NCBI GenBank assembly: GCA_963666835.2
Contig: CAXXGO010000005.1
Span: 1 to 64,000, forward strand
Direction: 5' to 3'
Length of the DNA stretch: 64,000 bases
Origin: Phycisphaerae bacterium
Lineage (GTDB): Bacteria > Planctomycetota > Phycisphaerae > UBA1845
Below are positions 1 through 9,954 of this stretch, in pieces. Position numbers and translations under genes: made by a program. Positions within the stretch are counted from its first letter, which is position 1, and each line of letters opens with the position of its first letter. The notes under the pieces are model-generated. The model was not told where the DNA came from and made no database searches. It saw only the letters and a program-made list of their open reading frames with translations.

Positions 1-104
1 TCGCGGCCGGCGCGTGCCGCGGCGGCCAGCATGCGGGTCCGCACGGCAGCGATGTTCTGTTGGATTTGCGTGGACAATGAAGTCCAGGCTACCTGCTGCG
101 CCAT
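1..104 (-). CDS. yggS: YggS/PLP homeostasis protein, 5' part only (runs off the window)
   Basis: Manual translation from ATG at 104: MAQQVAWTSLSTQIQQNIAAVRTRMLAAAARAGR. This matches the YggS N-terminal helix. RBS AAGGGGGTG upstream. The HlyD-like/yggS order is typical of Clostridia. Confidence 0.7.
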   Translation of the reverse strand, partial: MAQQVAWTSLSTQIQQNIAAVRTRMLAAAARAGR

Positions 105-128
105 TTCCGCACCCCCTTCGACGGATCG

Positions 129-1454
129 TCATTTCTGCAGTGTCTGTCCATCCTGGATGCCATCGGGATCTTGCAGGTACAGGTTGTACACGGAAACACG
201 ATCTGTCGCCTGCCCGTTTGGCAGATTTTCGATGATGGCCCAGGAATCCTGTATGCCCAGCACCTTGACCCGGCGCATCGACGCGCGGTTCATGCTGGCC
301 AGCATGATATCGGCCGTGCCATCCACCTCGTTGAGATTGAAAAGTGCCTTCCGAGGCACCTTCATGCCTTTGAGGCTTTGCAAGACCAGCACCCCTGTGA
401 CTTTTCGCATTTCCATGGTCTGTTCCACCAGCCTGGTAAACTTTCCGATCACCAGCGCACGGGTTTCCCCTTCCGGCGGCAGGGTTGCCGACTGAATCTG
501 CAAGGGAATCCGACCGATAACCCCTTCAATCTCGACTTCCATCATGACGGTCCGCTTGGACAGTCTGGCGGACTCCAATCTGCTCGAAATGGTTTTCCCC
601 GTCTGCGTATCCACTTCAAAGACAAGCCAGCTGGCCTCATTCTGTACCAGTTTGCCATACGGATCATCGATTTTGACGGGAATCTCATCAGGGGTCAACC
701 AACCCGTTGCGCTCCGCTCATCCATCGGAATCATGTCTATCGCACCCAACGTGAGGCTTTGCGCCGACTCCGGTTTGAGCACCGTCTCATACCCGTCAAA
801 CCGGTAGCACACAATACCTGGAGCCTCGGCGCGAACGGTGACCACCGACTTGTTCATCCGTGTTTCGAGACGCTGCAATTCCAGCTTTTCATCTTCGAGA
901 TACCCGGCTGTACCGCCACGATGAACCAGAGAACGGAGCGCCTCGTCAAGCCGCTTGTCGATGGACAGCCGCAGTGCGGCAGCCTCCGCGATGTCAGCGG
1001 CATTGACCGCGCGTACCAGCTGCGAGATCTCCTGAGGTGACAACTGGCCGATGGCGCGCGCATCGACGTCACTCGAGGCCACGGTGGCTTCCGCCACGCG
1101 TCGCAGAATTTCGGTTTCCGCGCTACGGTATTGCCGATAGGCGTCTTCGGAGCCATTGCTTAAAAAGGAGGCCACCGTTCCATAGGCCGGCACCCGCTGT
1201 CCATACCTGGCCACAGGCAGTACCGAGCCGTTGTCCGGTGCGCGCAGCAGGCTTTCCTCCCGGATGAAAACCCCGGTCACCGGCACCTTCATCTCCAGCG
1301 TGTCTTCCTGAATGATGCCGGTCTCGATGCCGGGCGTGAAAAACCACTTCCACATCGCCGGGATGTAGAGCGCCATCACCACAATCACGAGGAATCCAGC
1401 CAGCCGGCCGCCATTGCGACGCTTGCGGCGGATGCGTCTTACAGGCTTGGTCAT
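129..1454 (-). CDS. HlyD-family / membrane-fusion-like protein (clostridial type found upstream of yggS)
   Basis: 441 aa. Basic N-terminus plus one TM helix, barrel-sandwich-like segments (APDNGSV..., AEAPGIV..FDGYE), coiled coil, C-terminal GMKVPRKAL. Confidence 0.7.
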   Translation of the reverse strand: MTKPVRRIRRKRRNGGRLAGFLVIVVMALYIPAMWKWFFTPGIETGIIQEDTLEMKVPVTGVFIREESLLRAPDNGSVLPVARYGQRVPAYGTVASFLSNGSEDAYRQYRSAETEILRRVAEATVASSDVDARAIGQLSPQEISQLVRAVNAADIAEAAALRLSIDKRLDEALRSLVHRGGTAGYLEDEKLELQRLETRMNKSVVTVRAEAPGIVCYRFDGYETVLKPESAQSLTLGAIDMIPMDERSATGWLTPDEIPVKIDDPYGKLVQNEASWLVFEVDTQTGKTISSRLESARLSKRTVMMEVEIEGVIGRIPLQIQSATLPPEGETRALVIGKFTRLVEQTMEMRKVTGVLVLQSLKGMKVPRKALFNLNEVDGTADIMLASMNRASMRRVKVLGIQDSWAIIENLPNGQATDRVSVYNLYLQDPDGIQDGQTLQK

Positions 1455-2695
1455 AATTCCCCCCGAAGCAATCCGCCACGGCGCATCTGCTCACACGCGC
1501 GCAGCACACCCAGCTTGGCATGCCCGTAAACCAGCCCGCCCTGCAAATAGGCTGTGTATGGCTCGCGGATGGGCGCATCCGCGCTCAGCTCAATGGAGGA
1601 TCCCTGGACAAAGGCACCGGCTGCCATGATGACCGGGCTGTCATAGCCGGGCATGTCCCAGGGCTCCGGGTTGACGAACGCGTCCACGGCGGAGGCCTTC
1701 TGAACCCCCTGGCAAAACGCAATGATCGCTTCCGGACTGTCGAGCAGGATGGCCTGTGTGAGATCACAGCGCGGCTCGTCCGGTTCCGGCCAAACCTCGT
1801 ACCCAAGCGCCTGCATGTACGCGGCCGCAAACACGGCACCCTTGACACTTTCCATGACCACATGCGGCGCCATGAAAAAGCCCTGGATCATGAGGCGGTT
1901 CTGTCCCAGCGTTGCACCCACCTCCCGGCCGATACCGGGCAGCGTGAGCCGGCAGGCCACCAGTTCCACCAGCTCGTGGCGGCCCGCGACATATCCGCCG
2001 GAATGCGCCAGTCCCCCACCCGGATTCTTGATGAGCGAACCCGCCATGAGGTCCACACCGACATCGGTGGGTTCAAGCGTCTCCGTAAACTCACCATAGC
2101 AGTTGTCCACCATGATGCGGACATCGGGCTTCACTGCACGGACGGTCCGGACCAGCCGGCGGATTTCCTCGACTTGCAGCGGCTTGCGCTTGGCATAACC
2201 GCGTGAGCGTTGCAGAAACACCACCCGGGTTGCCGGCCCGATGGCGGCTGTAATGGCCGGATAGTCCGGCAGCCCGGCTTCATTGAGTTCCACCTGCCGG
2301 TAGGTGATGCCGTATTCGGCCAGCGAACCCGCTCCCGGTGTGCCGCGGATTCCGATGACTTCCTCAAGGGTATCGTAGGGCTTGCCGGTCACGGAAAGCA
2401 ATTCGTCTCCCGGGCGCAGCAAGGCATACAAGCCCAGGGCCAGCGCGTGGGAGCCGCAGGTGATTTGATGGCGCACCAGCGCGTCTTCCGCGCCAAAAGC
2501 CGTGGCATAAACCTGTTCGAGCACCTCGCGACCACGGTCATCATACCCGTAGCCGGTACTGCCGCCGAAATGGCTGTCGCTGACCCTGTGCTCCTGCATC
2601 GCGGCAATCACCTTGAGCTGGTTGACTTCACGAATTTGCTCCAACACCGCAAAACGACCCGAAACAGCCTGTTCCACAAGCTCCGCCCTTGCCAC
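1451..2695 (-). CDS. ynbB: Methionine gamma-lyase family / aluminium-resistance PLP enzyme (YnbB); native N-terminus apparently displaced by a frameshift near 2712
   Basis: Motifs STGYGYDDRGRE, GKPYDTLEEVIG, VDNCYGEF, AGSLIKNPGGG, AGAFVQGSSIELSADAP. Confidence 0.9.
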   Translation of the reverse strand: MARAELVEQAVSGRFAVLEQIREVNQLKVIAAMQEHRVSDSHFGGSTGYGYDDRGREVLEQVYATAFGAEDALVRHQITCGSHALALGLYALLRPGDELLSVTGKPYDTLEEVIGIRGTPGAGSLAEYGITYRQVELNEAGLPDYPAITAAIGPATRVVFLQRSRGYAKRKPLQVEEIRRLVRTVRAVKPDVRIMVDNCYGEFTETLEPTDVGVDLMAGSLIKNPGGGLAHSGGYVAGRHELVELVACRLTLPGIGREVGATLGQNRLMIQGFFMAPHVVMESVKGAVFAAAYMQALGYEVWPEPDEPRCDLTQAILLDSPEAIIAFCQGVQKASAVDAFVNPEPWDMPGYDSPVIMAAGAFVQGSSIELSADAPIREPYTAYLQGGLVYGHAKLGVLRACEQMRRGGLLRGEL

Positions 2696-2855
2696 AAGAC
2701 GCGGATCGATGCAAACCTGGCATAGGCCTGTGCCAATGCGTCTGTCCCGGTTCCCTCCAAGTGCGCATGCGCCATCTGCGATGCCGGTTCATCCAGGTTC
2801 TGCTGCTGCTTCATGCGGTTCGCTCCATCATTTTGCTTCATCTTCTGTCATTGAC

Positions 2856-3040
2856 ACTTCTGCCGTTTCCGATTCCCCTGATTCCGGCAATTCTGCCGTT
2901 TCCGGTTCCCCTCATTCCGGCATTTCTGCCGTTTCCGATGCCACTGTTCCCGGCACTTCTGTCGTTTCCGATTCCCCTGTTTCCGGTTCATTCACTGCTT
3001 CCAAGGCTTCAAGACCCGGCGCCGCCCCTGTTTCCGGCTG
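2856..3040. repeat. Imperfect ~33-bp tandem repeats encoding ETAE(V/M/L)PE(S/T)GE(S/P)
   Basis: Recurrent TTCTGCCGTTTCCG(A/G)TTCCCCT..TTCCGG units. The array continues past the TGA stop at 2912-2914. Confidence 0.75.
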
Positions 3041-3880
3041 TCCGCCAACAGGCAGGCCCATCTTCTCCTCCAGCGCTTCAAGATGCTCTTCCACCTCTTC
3101 GCGGGTGATGGTGCTGGTGTACCAGAATTTACGGCTGGCCGCCGTCTGGTACATGCCGAGTGCCTCCTCGTTTCGGCCCATCGCCTCATACAGGCGGGCC
3201 AGGTTGAAGTAAGCATCCGGGAATGTGGGGTTGAGGGGCATCAGCTCCTCATAGATTTTCATGGCCTCCCCGTATGCGCCGTCCATGATGAGCGCGCTGC
3301 CATAATTGTCAAGGATGACAGGGTTCTTGGCATTGAATTCATAAGCCTCCCTGTTGAAATCGAGCGCTTTTTTCACATTGCCGCGCGCAATCATGAAAAA
3401 GCCCATGGTTGCATAAGTGGTGCTGGTCTTGTAGTTTTCCATCACGGATTCAAGCATCGCAATGGCTTCATCGAGCTTGCCCTTTTTCCACAGCAGCAGG
3501 GACATGATGGTTTGCGCGTTGTACTTCTCGCGCGGGGTCTTCGCGGTGCTGAGCGCAACATTGAGCATCCGCTCGGCATCCACCGGCGCGCCCATCTTCA
3601 GATACATGAATCCGCAGGAGGCGCGCAGGATGGAATCGCCCGATTCCGCATCCACCGCCTTTTTGATATGAACTCTGGCAGCATCCATGTCGCCGGTGTC
3701 AAAACACTTTCTCGCTGCCGAGTAGTGCAGGGCGCCGCGTCTGCGCCAGATGAGCCAGGCAATGGAAATGAGCAGCACCACAATGCCGCCGAGGGGACCC
3801 ATTATCTGGAAAGCCAGAATCAGTCCCAACAGTATCAGGACAAATGGAACAAATTTCGTCAGCGAACTCATATTGGGCAT
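2912..3880 (-). CDS. Membrane-anchored tetratricopeptide repeat protein with acidic repeat tail
   Basis: Two N-terminal TM helices, several TPR-like helical pairs (e.g. PDAYFNLARLYEAMGRNEEALGMY), E/P/T-rich tail. Confidence 0.8.
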   Translation of the reverse strand: MPNMSSLTKFVPFVLILLGLILAFQIMGPLGGIVVLLISIAWLIWRRRGALHYSAARKCFDTGDMDAARVHIKKAVDAESGDSILRASCGFMYLKMGAPVDAERMLNVALSTAKTPREKYNAQTIMSLLLWKKGKLDEAIAMLESVMENYKTSTTYATMGFFMIARGNVKKALDFNREAYEFNAKNPVILDNYGSALIMDGAYGEAMKIYEELMPLNPTFPDAYFNLARLYEAMGRNEEALGMYQTAASRKFWYTSTITREEVEEHLEALEEKMGLPVGGQPETGAAPGLEALEAVNEPETGESETTEVPGTVASETAEMPE

Positions 3881-4168
3881 GAACTACCTCCAAGGCACAG
3901 CATGAATGTGGGTGGATGGGAAAATGTACAAAGGTGAACCAATCGGCCCATCATTTCGTATAATGGATGTATGGCGGAGCCGTTTCAGCGGGCACGGCGG
4001 CGGCAAGTTTCCGCGCACGCTGCCGGGAGCCTGCCGTCCGGCAGAAAAGGGGCGCACGGAACCGTCAATATCTTACCATACCGGCCGCCCCGATGTCCAA
4101 AGCCACGGAACCTCAAAGAGATCCCCCGACAAGCGTCATCTTCGCTGCCAACTGGATAGGAGGCAATC

Positions 4169-6541
4169 ATGACATACAGATCCGAAACACAATCCGAACT
4201 GCCGGGCAATCCGGGAAAAAAGCGCCGGGAAGTGCGCAACCCCCACAGGGCAACGCGCGCTGTGCCATTGTCAATGCTTCTCGCGCCGCTGCTGGCAATC
4301 TCGCTGCTGCTGCAGGCCTGCACGGCAGCCCAACCGGAGAAGACGCCCCCTTCCACACCGTCTTCCAAAGCGGTGTCCGGCGAACCTGCCGAAACCATGC
4401 CACAACCAACTCCAGACAACAAGACAGCGACCGTCGCAGGCTCCGAGGCATCAACGCCATCCGCAAAGCCGACCAATGAACCGGCCAACACAACCACGGC
4501 CGCCCCTTCCGCCCAGACAACCGGAGCACCGCCCAAAGACGCCTCCGGCGAACCCGCCACAGCACCCGCCACCGGTCCGACGGACACTTCATCGGAAGAC
4601 CCATCAGACAACTCGCCCACAGATCCTTCAGACGCATCACCGGAAGACGCCGCTGCCGCAACCCCTCCCACACCTTCACCGGAAGATGCCTCCGGGAACG
4701 GCAGTGCACCGGCGTCTTCGCCCAATGCCCTGTACCTTCAGAAAATCCCCGCGCCCGCCGATCTTGCTCCGGGTGTGCGTGTGGTCGCCTCCAACAGTGC
4801 TGATCTCGATGGCGACGGCATCCGTGAGAACATCCATCTGCTGTGGGACACAAACGGTGATCTGCTGCTGCAGGTACGTGCGGATTCGGCCCCCGTTGTG
4901 AGCCGGCGTGTGCTCGGGCCGGAAGGCCTGGCGGACAATCTCCAGGGACCCACGGTATCCGCGCTGCTGCTTGAACAGTTTTCGGAATACGACACGCGCG
5001 ACATCGCCATCGGCTTCTCCTCCCTGACCTATGGAGACAGTCAGTGGATGCTTTACCGGTATGTGCCCGGAGAACCGCTGCAGCTGATGATTCAGGAACC
5101 CTACGCAGTCGATACCGGGACCATCGCCTATCGCGACGAGGATGGCGACGGCCGGTTCGAACGCCTGCAGTACCCCGGTCATGTGGTGCGGGTGGCGCAC
5201 TATGAGGAGTCGGTCAATGGATTCACCGCACTGCCAATCCGCAGCTTCTCCACTGAAACCTTCAACTGGGAAGACCCGGAAGATGCGGCCCGTGGCTGGC
5301 TCTATCTGCTGTACAACCGCATTGAGCCTGATTACAGCCGTCTGATGAACCGTCCTGCGCCGGATCATTACGCCTTCAGCATGACAGGATACCCTGATAT
5401 TTTCACCCCATATCACTCGTGGGACGGCAATACTGCGGGGAGCGCGTTTACCGACATCGGCGCACCGGCCTGGCAGGGACTTCCCTCGGCGGAAGCTTCG
5501 GTATTGACACAAACGGAATCCGCAGCAACGGTACGCCTCTCCCATGTTTCCGAATTCGACGAAACCCGTCGCGCGTCCGTCACGCTTTCGATGTCGCGTC
5601 AAAACGACGGAACCTGGTCCGTGAACCGGATGATGCCCGAAATCGTTGCAACCCTTTGTGTGGCCAGTGACGAGGAAAACCAAATGGTGCTCTCCTGTGA
5701 ACCGGTATTCCTCTCACAACAACAAGCCGGCGACGGATACAAGCCGCTGCGTGATGCACTGGCGCGGCAAACCGGGATTACCCTCGCCAGCATTCGGCAG
5801 GAGGGAAGCGCCGTTTTTGCCGATTTGTCCGAGGAGATGCGCTTCTTCCTCAACGAAGGGTCAACCGGTGCCACCATGCGGATGAACACCCTCATCCGGA
5901 CGCTGCTCTCGCTTCCCAATGCCAGGACCGCACGGGTGACCATTGCCGGAGAGTCCGATGTGGAGATGGATCATTTCAGTCTGAAAGGCGTCTACACGCT
6001 CAACAAGACACGCGGGCTGACACAAGTGGCACCAGATGCGGCGGTTGCACCCACCACCCCCGAGGGCATTGCCGAATCGCTGTTTTCCGCGCTGGCCGGC
6101 GAAGACTATGAACTGTTCGCAAAATATGCGGATCCGGATCATGGCACCACGCTGGCCATTTACGGTTTTGTCACCGAAGACGCACCTGTTTTTGACAGCC
6201 AGCGCTGGCTGTCCCTGCCCTTCGACGACAGGATTCACCAATTCGGCTACTACGACGGCTCCGGTTTTCCCATTCTCACTTCCAGCGATGAATGGCTGCA
6301 TCTGTTCTTTACACCGCATCGGGAACGCGATGCCTGGGAACGGACAGTGGAAACCGGTGGCGAAGGCGCCGCCATGGCCACGCCGCAAGACACCTGGCCC
6401 AGTGACACGCACATTGTGTTCTTCTGGGCGGGTTCCGACCCCTATGACGGGATGGATTGGCGTTCACTCACCTTTGTGATGACACAAACCGCAGAAGGGT
6501 GGCGGCTGCGTGGCCTGGTGTCAAACCAGTGGACCATCTAG
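4169..6541 (+). CDS. Secreted lipoprotein with P/T/S/A-rich linker, DxDGDG motifs and a GerMN-like domain
   Basis: Lipobox LLLQA-C, a long low-complexity stalk, DLDGDG and DEDGDG motifs, GerMN-like segment (VFADLS...GSTGATMRMNTLIRTLLSLPNARTARVTIAG). Confidence 0.7.
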   Translation: MTYRSETQSELPGNPGKKRREVRNPHRATRAVPLSMLLAPLLAISLLLQACTAAQPEKTPPSTPSSKAVSGEPAETMPQPTPDNKTATVAGSEASTPSAKPTNEPANTTTAAPSAQTTGAPPKDASGEPATAPATGPTDTSSEDPSDNSPTDPSDASPEDAAAATPPTPSPEDASGNGSAPASSPNALYLQKIPAPADLAPGVRVVASNSADLDGDGIRENIHLLWDTNGDLLLQVRADSAPVVSRRVLGPEGLADNLQGPTVSALLLEQFSEYDTRDIAIGFSSLTYGDSQWMLYRYVPGEPLQLMIQEPYAVDTGTIAYRDEDGDGRFERLQYPGHVVRVAHYEESVNGFTALPIRSFSTETFNWEDPEDAARGWLYLLYNRIEPDYSRLMNRPAPDHYAFSMTGYPDIFTPYHSWDGNTAGSAFTDIGAPAWQGLPSAEASVLTQTESAATVRLSHVSEFDETRRASVTLSMSRQNDGTWSVNRMMPEIVATLCVASDEENQMVLSCEPVFLSQQQAGDGYKPLRDALARQTGITLASIRQEGSAVFADLSEEMRFFLNEGSTGATMRMNTLIRTLLSLPNARTARVTIAGESDVEMDHFSLKGVYTLNKTRGLTQVAPDAAVAPTTPEGIAESLFSALAGEDYELFAKYADPDHGTTLAIYGFVTEDAPVFDSQRWLSLPFDDRIHQFGYYDGSGFPILTSSDEWLHLFFTPHRERDAWERTVETGGEGAAMATPQDTWPSDTHIVFFWAGSDPYDGMDWRSLTFVMTQTAEGWRLRGLVSNQWTI

Positions 6542-6612
6542 CGCCTGGACATCTTGTCGTTGTCCGCACAGTGCGTTGAAAACCCCCATGTGCCCCCGCC
6601 TGATGGAAGTCC

Positions 6613-7413
6613 TCATTTCAGCCGCTGCAGCACAATCCCCGTGCGACCCTTGCGGGAAACACCGCCAACGGACGCGAGCACGGCACGTCCCTTTCCTCTC
6701 AGAGACAGGGTACTGCCCGGCTTGACGATCGCGGCCGGGCTGAGCTGGATCTCCCAGTCCAGGGACACTTTCTCGGCGCGTATCCATTCGGCCATTCGGG
6801 AGCGGGAAACCGAAAAAGCCGCGGCCGCCACGGCATCAAGCCGCAGAGACATCACCGTGGTCCGGATTTCGCGGGCGCCCCGCTCCGGCACCTGCACATG
6901 CTCCAAATCGGCTTCCGTCAGCGTCACGCGTTCCGCTCCCACCTGTGTCAGCTGCGAAATCACGATCCGCCCCACATCCGCGAGCATCAGCAAATCAGCG
7001 CCTTCGGGCATCACCAGAATGTCACCGATGGTCTCACGCTTCAGCCCGAGTCCCATCAGCGCACCCAGCCAATCGCGATGGGTCAGGCTTCTTCCGTCAC
7101 CACGCCCGGAGATCCTCGCCTGCAAAAGCATCAACGGGGGATTGTCATCCACATCCCAGTCCACTTCGGGCACAAAACCAACCAGCACACGTTCCGCATC
7201 CTCATGACCCCCATCAAACCGGAAGGAAAGGTCGTCATCCTCCATGGCCGCCGCCAGCGCGGCTTCCGCCATTTCCCGCTGCCGGGGATCCAGAAACATG
7301 GACCAGACAACCCGGGACGCGCGCTGGGCCTGCATCAGCTTGTCGGCCAGTCGCGAAAGCAACATCCGGTCTTCGGGATTTCGCGCGAATCCCAGCAACT
7401 TGTCACGGTTCAT
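6613..7413 (-). CDS. ylmH: YlmH-family S4-domain RNA-binding protein
   Basis: FLDPRQ, FDGGHEDAER, LTHRDWLGALMGLGLKRETIGDI, SLRLDAV...SRS, LSLRGKGR. Confidence 0.9.
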   Translation of the reverse strand: MNRDKLLGFARNPEDRMLLSRLADKLMQAQRASRVVWSMFLDPRQREMAEAALAAAMEDDDLSFRFDGGHEDAERVLVGFVPEVDWDVDDNPPLMLLQARISGRGDGRSLTHRDWLGALMGLGLKRETIGDILVMPEGADLLMLADVGRIVISQLTQVGAERVTLTEADLEHVQVPERGAREIRTTVMSLRLDAVAAAAFSVSRSRMAEWIRAEKVSLDWEIQLSPAAIVKPGSTLSLRGKGRAVLASVGGVSRKGRTGIVLQRLK

Positions 7414-7447
7414 TCAAAATGCTCCCATCTGCAGAACAGGTCATCCT

Positions 7448-9196
7448 TCATGTACAGTTCTCCGGCTTGATTGGCGCAGGTCTCGCCGTTGAGCGCGCCA
7501 AATCCTTGACCCGCAGCGGCAGCTTCACCGTGAACCGGGTGCCCACTCCCACCTTGCTGCCGACCGTGATGCGGCCATTATGCCGCAGAACAATGATTCG
7601 CGCGATGGACAAGCCCAGTCCGTGCCCGCCCGTATTGCGTTCACGCGCGGAATCCACCCGGTAAAACCTGTCAAACACATTGGGCAGGTCCTGTTCGGGA
7701 ATGCCTATCCCCGTATCGCGCACCGTCGCTTCTGCCACCCCGTCCCGCAGCTCCAGCCGCAGCGTGATGGCACCACCCTTCTCGGTATACTTGAGGGCAT
7801 TGTCCACAAACACGCGCAAGGCCTGCTTCAGGCGATTTCTGTCTCCCGTGATGTGGATGCCGTCCTGCACCTGGCAAACGAGCCGGTGGCCGGTTTCGAG
7901 CATGGTGGTTTCCCGGCCAAGCTCCTTCATCATGTCCGAAAGGTTGAAGGGCGCCATCACCAGCACCAGGCTGTCCCGATCGTTGCGGGCAATGAACAGC
8001 AGTTTCTCCACCAAATCCTGCATGTTCTTGCTTTCCTTGCTGATGGCGGTGATGGCTTCGTCCAGAATGGCCGGATCACTTTTTCCCCAGCGCTCCAGCA
8101 TGCGGGCGTATCCCTGGATGACGGAAATGGGTGTGCGCAGTTCGTGTGAAGCATCGGATACAAATTGATTTTGCTTGCCGTAGGCGCGCTCCAGCCGTTC
8201 CATCATCTGGTTGAAGGTGACGGCCAAATCCACCAGCTCGTCCGTGGCATCACTGACCGTCAGCCTCAGATTCAGGTTCTGGGAGGAGATGGCGCTGATT
8301 TTCGCGGTGAGGTCGTCAATGCGCCGAAATGTTTTCCGGGTGGACAACCGCCCCTTGAGGCTGATTACGCCGATACCGAATGTGGCAAGCAAAAATCCTA
8401 TTCCGAAAAGTCCCACGGTTTCCGTGACGCGCAGCGTGATGTCCGCCGCATAGCGGAAGGAGAAAGAATTTGCCTGTCCTTCAGGCACTGCCTGCGTCAG
8501 CACCCCGAGCCACAACCGGTTTTCACGCAGCAAAAACCTGAACGGAAACGGACCGGTTGTCAAATCTCCCGTGACAAGCGGGATTTCCAGTTTTTTGTGT
8601 GCGTCGGTCTTGTGGATAAGCACCCGTCCCTGCTCGTCCACCAACGTATAGGCATCCTCAAGGGCAACCAATGGATTGGTCTGAATCGTCAGGGATCTCT
8701 CCCCCAGGTCCTGACCGGCCAGCAGGGCCTGAACCTCGGGACTCTGTTCAATCTCCTGTCGTGTTCGTGACAGATTGTCATGATAGAACAACCCGTTGAG
8801 CCCCATGCTCAAGGTAAACAACAGTGTCAGGATCCCGTAGGACCAGTTGGTGAACATCCGAACATAGTTGGCGGAGATCTTCTTCGCCATGGACACACGC
8901 GGCAGGCTTTGATTGCGCGGCTTCGATTTCCCATGTGTGTCCGCGCGCCGTCCATTGCGACTTCCATGCGACGCACGGGTTGCCCCGTCTCCACCTGCCG
9001 CGTTTTTGTCCTTGTCCTGCATGTTTTCGGTCATGCCGGAGCCGGCCGCTTGCGCGGTCTTGCCCGCGTTGTCGTTTGCAATGGACTCCGCAGCAAAAAG
9101 CGGGGGCATCTGTGTCTGCACCGCGCTCACCTGCCGGGAAGATTCAGGCTTCCGGCCTTTTTTGCTTTTTCCGGAAAGCAGCCCCCCCATTTTCAT
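7448..9196 (-). CDS. HAMP-domain sensor histidine kinase (ArlS/CusS-like)
   Basis: Two TMs, HAMP, H-box FVSDASHELRTP, N-box DNALKY, G1 DTGIGI, F box FDRFYR, G2 GHGLGLSI. Confidence 0.92.
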   Translation of the reverse strand: MKMGGLLSGKSKKGRKPESSRQVSAVQTQMPPLFAAESIANDNAGKTAQAAGSGMTENMQDKDKNAAGGDGATRASHGSRNGRRADTHGKSKPRNQSLPRVSMAKKISANYVRMFTNWSYGILTLLFTLSMGLNGLFYHDNLSRTRQEIEQSPEVQALLAGQDLGERSLTIQTNPLVALEDAYTLVDEQGRVLIHKTDAHKKLEIPLVTGDLTTGPFPFRFLLRENRLWLGVLTQAVPEGQANSFSFRYAADITLRVTETVGLFGIGFLLATFGIGVISLKGRLSTRKTFRRIDDLTAKISAISSQNLNLRLTVSDATDELVDLAVTFNQMMERLERAYGKQNQFVSDASHELRTPISVIQGYARMLERWGKSDPAILDEAITAISKESKNMQDLVEKLLFIARNDRDSLVLVMAPFNLSDMMKELGRETTMLETGHRLVCQVQDGIHITGDRNRLKQALRVFVDNALKYTEKGGAITLRLELRDGVAEATVRDTGIGIPEQDLPNVFDRFYRVDSARERNTGGHGLGLSIARIIVLRHNGRITVGSKVGVGTRFTVKLPLRVKDLARSTARPAPIKPENCT

Positions 9197-9900
9197 CCAT
9201 GTTCCTTTCCTTCGAACAGATACCCCACTCCGCGTACGGTCCGGATGAAATTCACACCAAAGCGCTGATCAATCTTGCTGCGCAGGTAACGGATGTACAC
9301 GTCCGTGACATTCGTGTCACCCATAAAATCGTACCCCCAGACTTTTTCAATGAGCTTTTCACGATCCAGGACGATATCCTTGTTCTCCATCATGAACAAC
9401 AACAGATCGTACTCCTTCTTCGAAAGCGCGACTTCCTCCTCGCCAAAGGTCACGCGATGCTGTTTTCTTGCAATGGTGAGCCGGCCTACCGTGAGGTTGT
9501 CCTCTGTTGAAGCGCCATTGCCGTTCGAAGCACCCGCCTGCCGTCGTTTGAGCGCGACACGGATTCTCGCGAGCAGTTCTTCGATGGCGAAAGGCTTGGT
9601 CACATAATCATCTGCGCCGGAATCGAGTCCGGTCACCTTGTCGGAGATATCGTCCTTTGCCGTCAGCATGATGATGGGAAGGTCGGAAACCCGCCGCACA
9701 CGCCGACAGACCTCAATGCCGGACATCATCGGCAGCATCAGGTCGAGAATCAGCAAATCAATGCCGCCCTCGAGGGCCCGCTCACAGCCGGAACGCCCAT
9801 CCTTGCAGATCACCACCTCATACCCTTCATGTGTCAGCTCCAGTTCGAGAAACCGGGCAATTTGCGATTCATCTTCCACAATCAGGATTATCTCCGACAT
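9193..9900 (-). CDS. OmpR/PhoB-family response regulator (ArlR-like)
   Basis: ILIVEDE, LILDLMLP, GADDYVTKPF, wHTH ending TVRGVGY. Start placed at ATG 9900 behind AGGAGG. Confidence 0.93.
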   Translation of the reverse strand: MSEIILIVEDESQIARFLELELTHEGYEVVICKDGRSGCERALEGGIDLLILDLMLPMMSGIEVCRRVRRVSDLPIIMLTAKDDISDKVTGLDSGADDYVTKPFAIEELLARIRVALKRRQAGASNGNGASTEDNLTVGRLTIARKQHRVTFGEEEVALSKKEYDLLLFMMENKDIVLDREKLIEKVWGYDFMGDTNVTDVYIRYLRSKIDQRFGVNFIRTVRGVGYLFEGKEHG

Positions 9901-9954
9901 GACATCCTCCTTGACAACAGTGAATGCGGACAAGCCCAAGCCTGTCCGCAACAC

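Noticed and set aside
2912..2914. Selenocysteine or programmed readthrough at the TGA
   Set aside because: The position corresponds to Ser in a low-complexity repeat, not a catalytic Cys; a point change is simpler.
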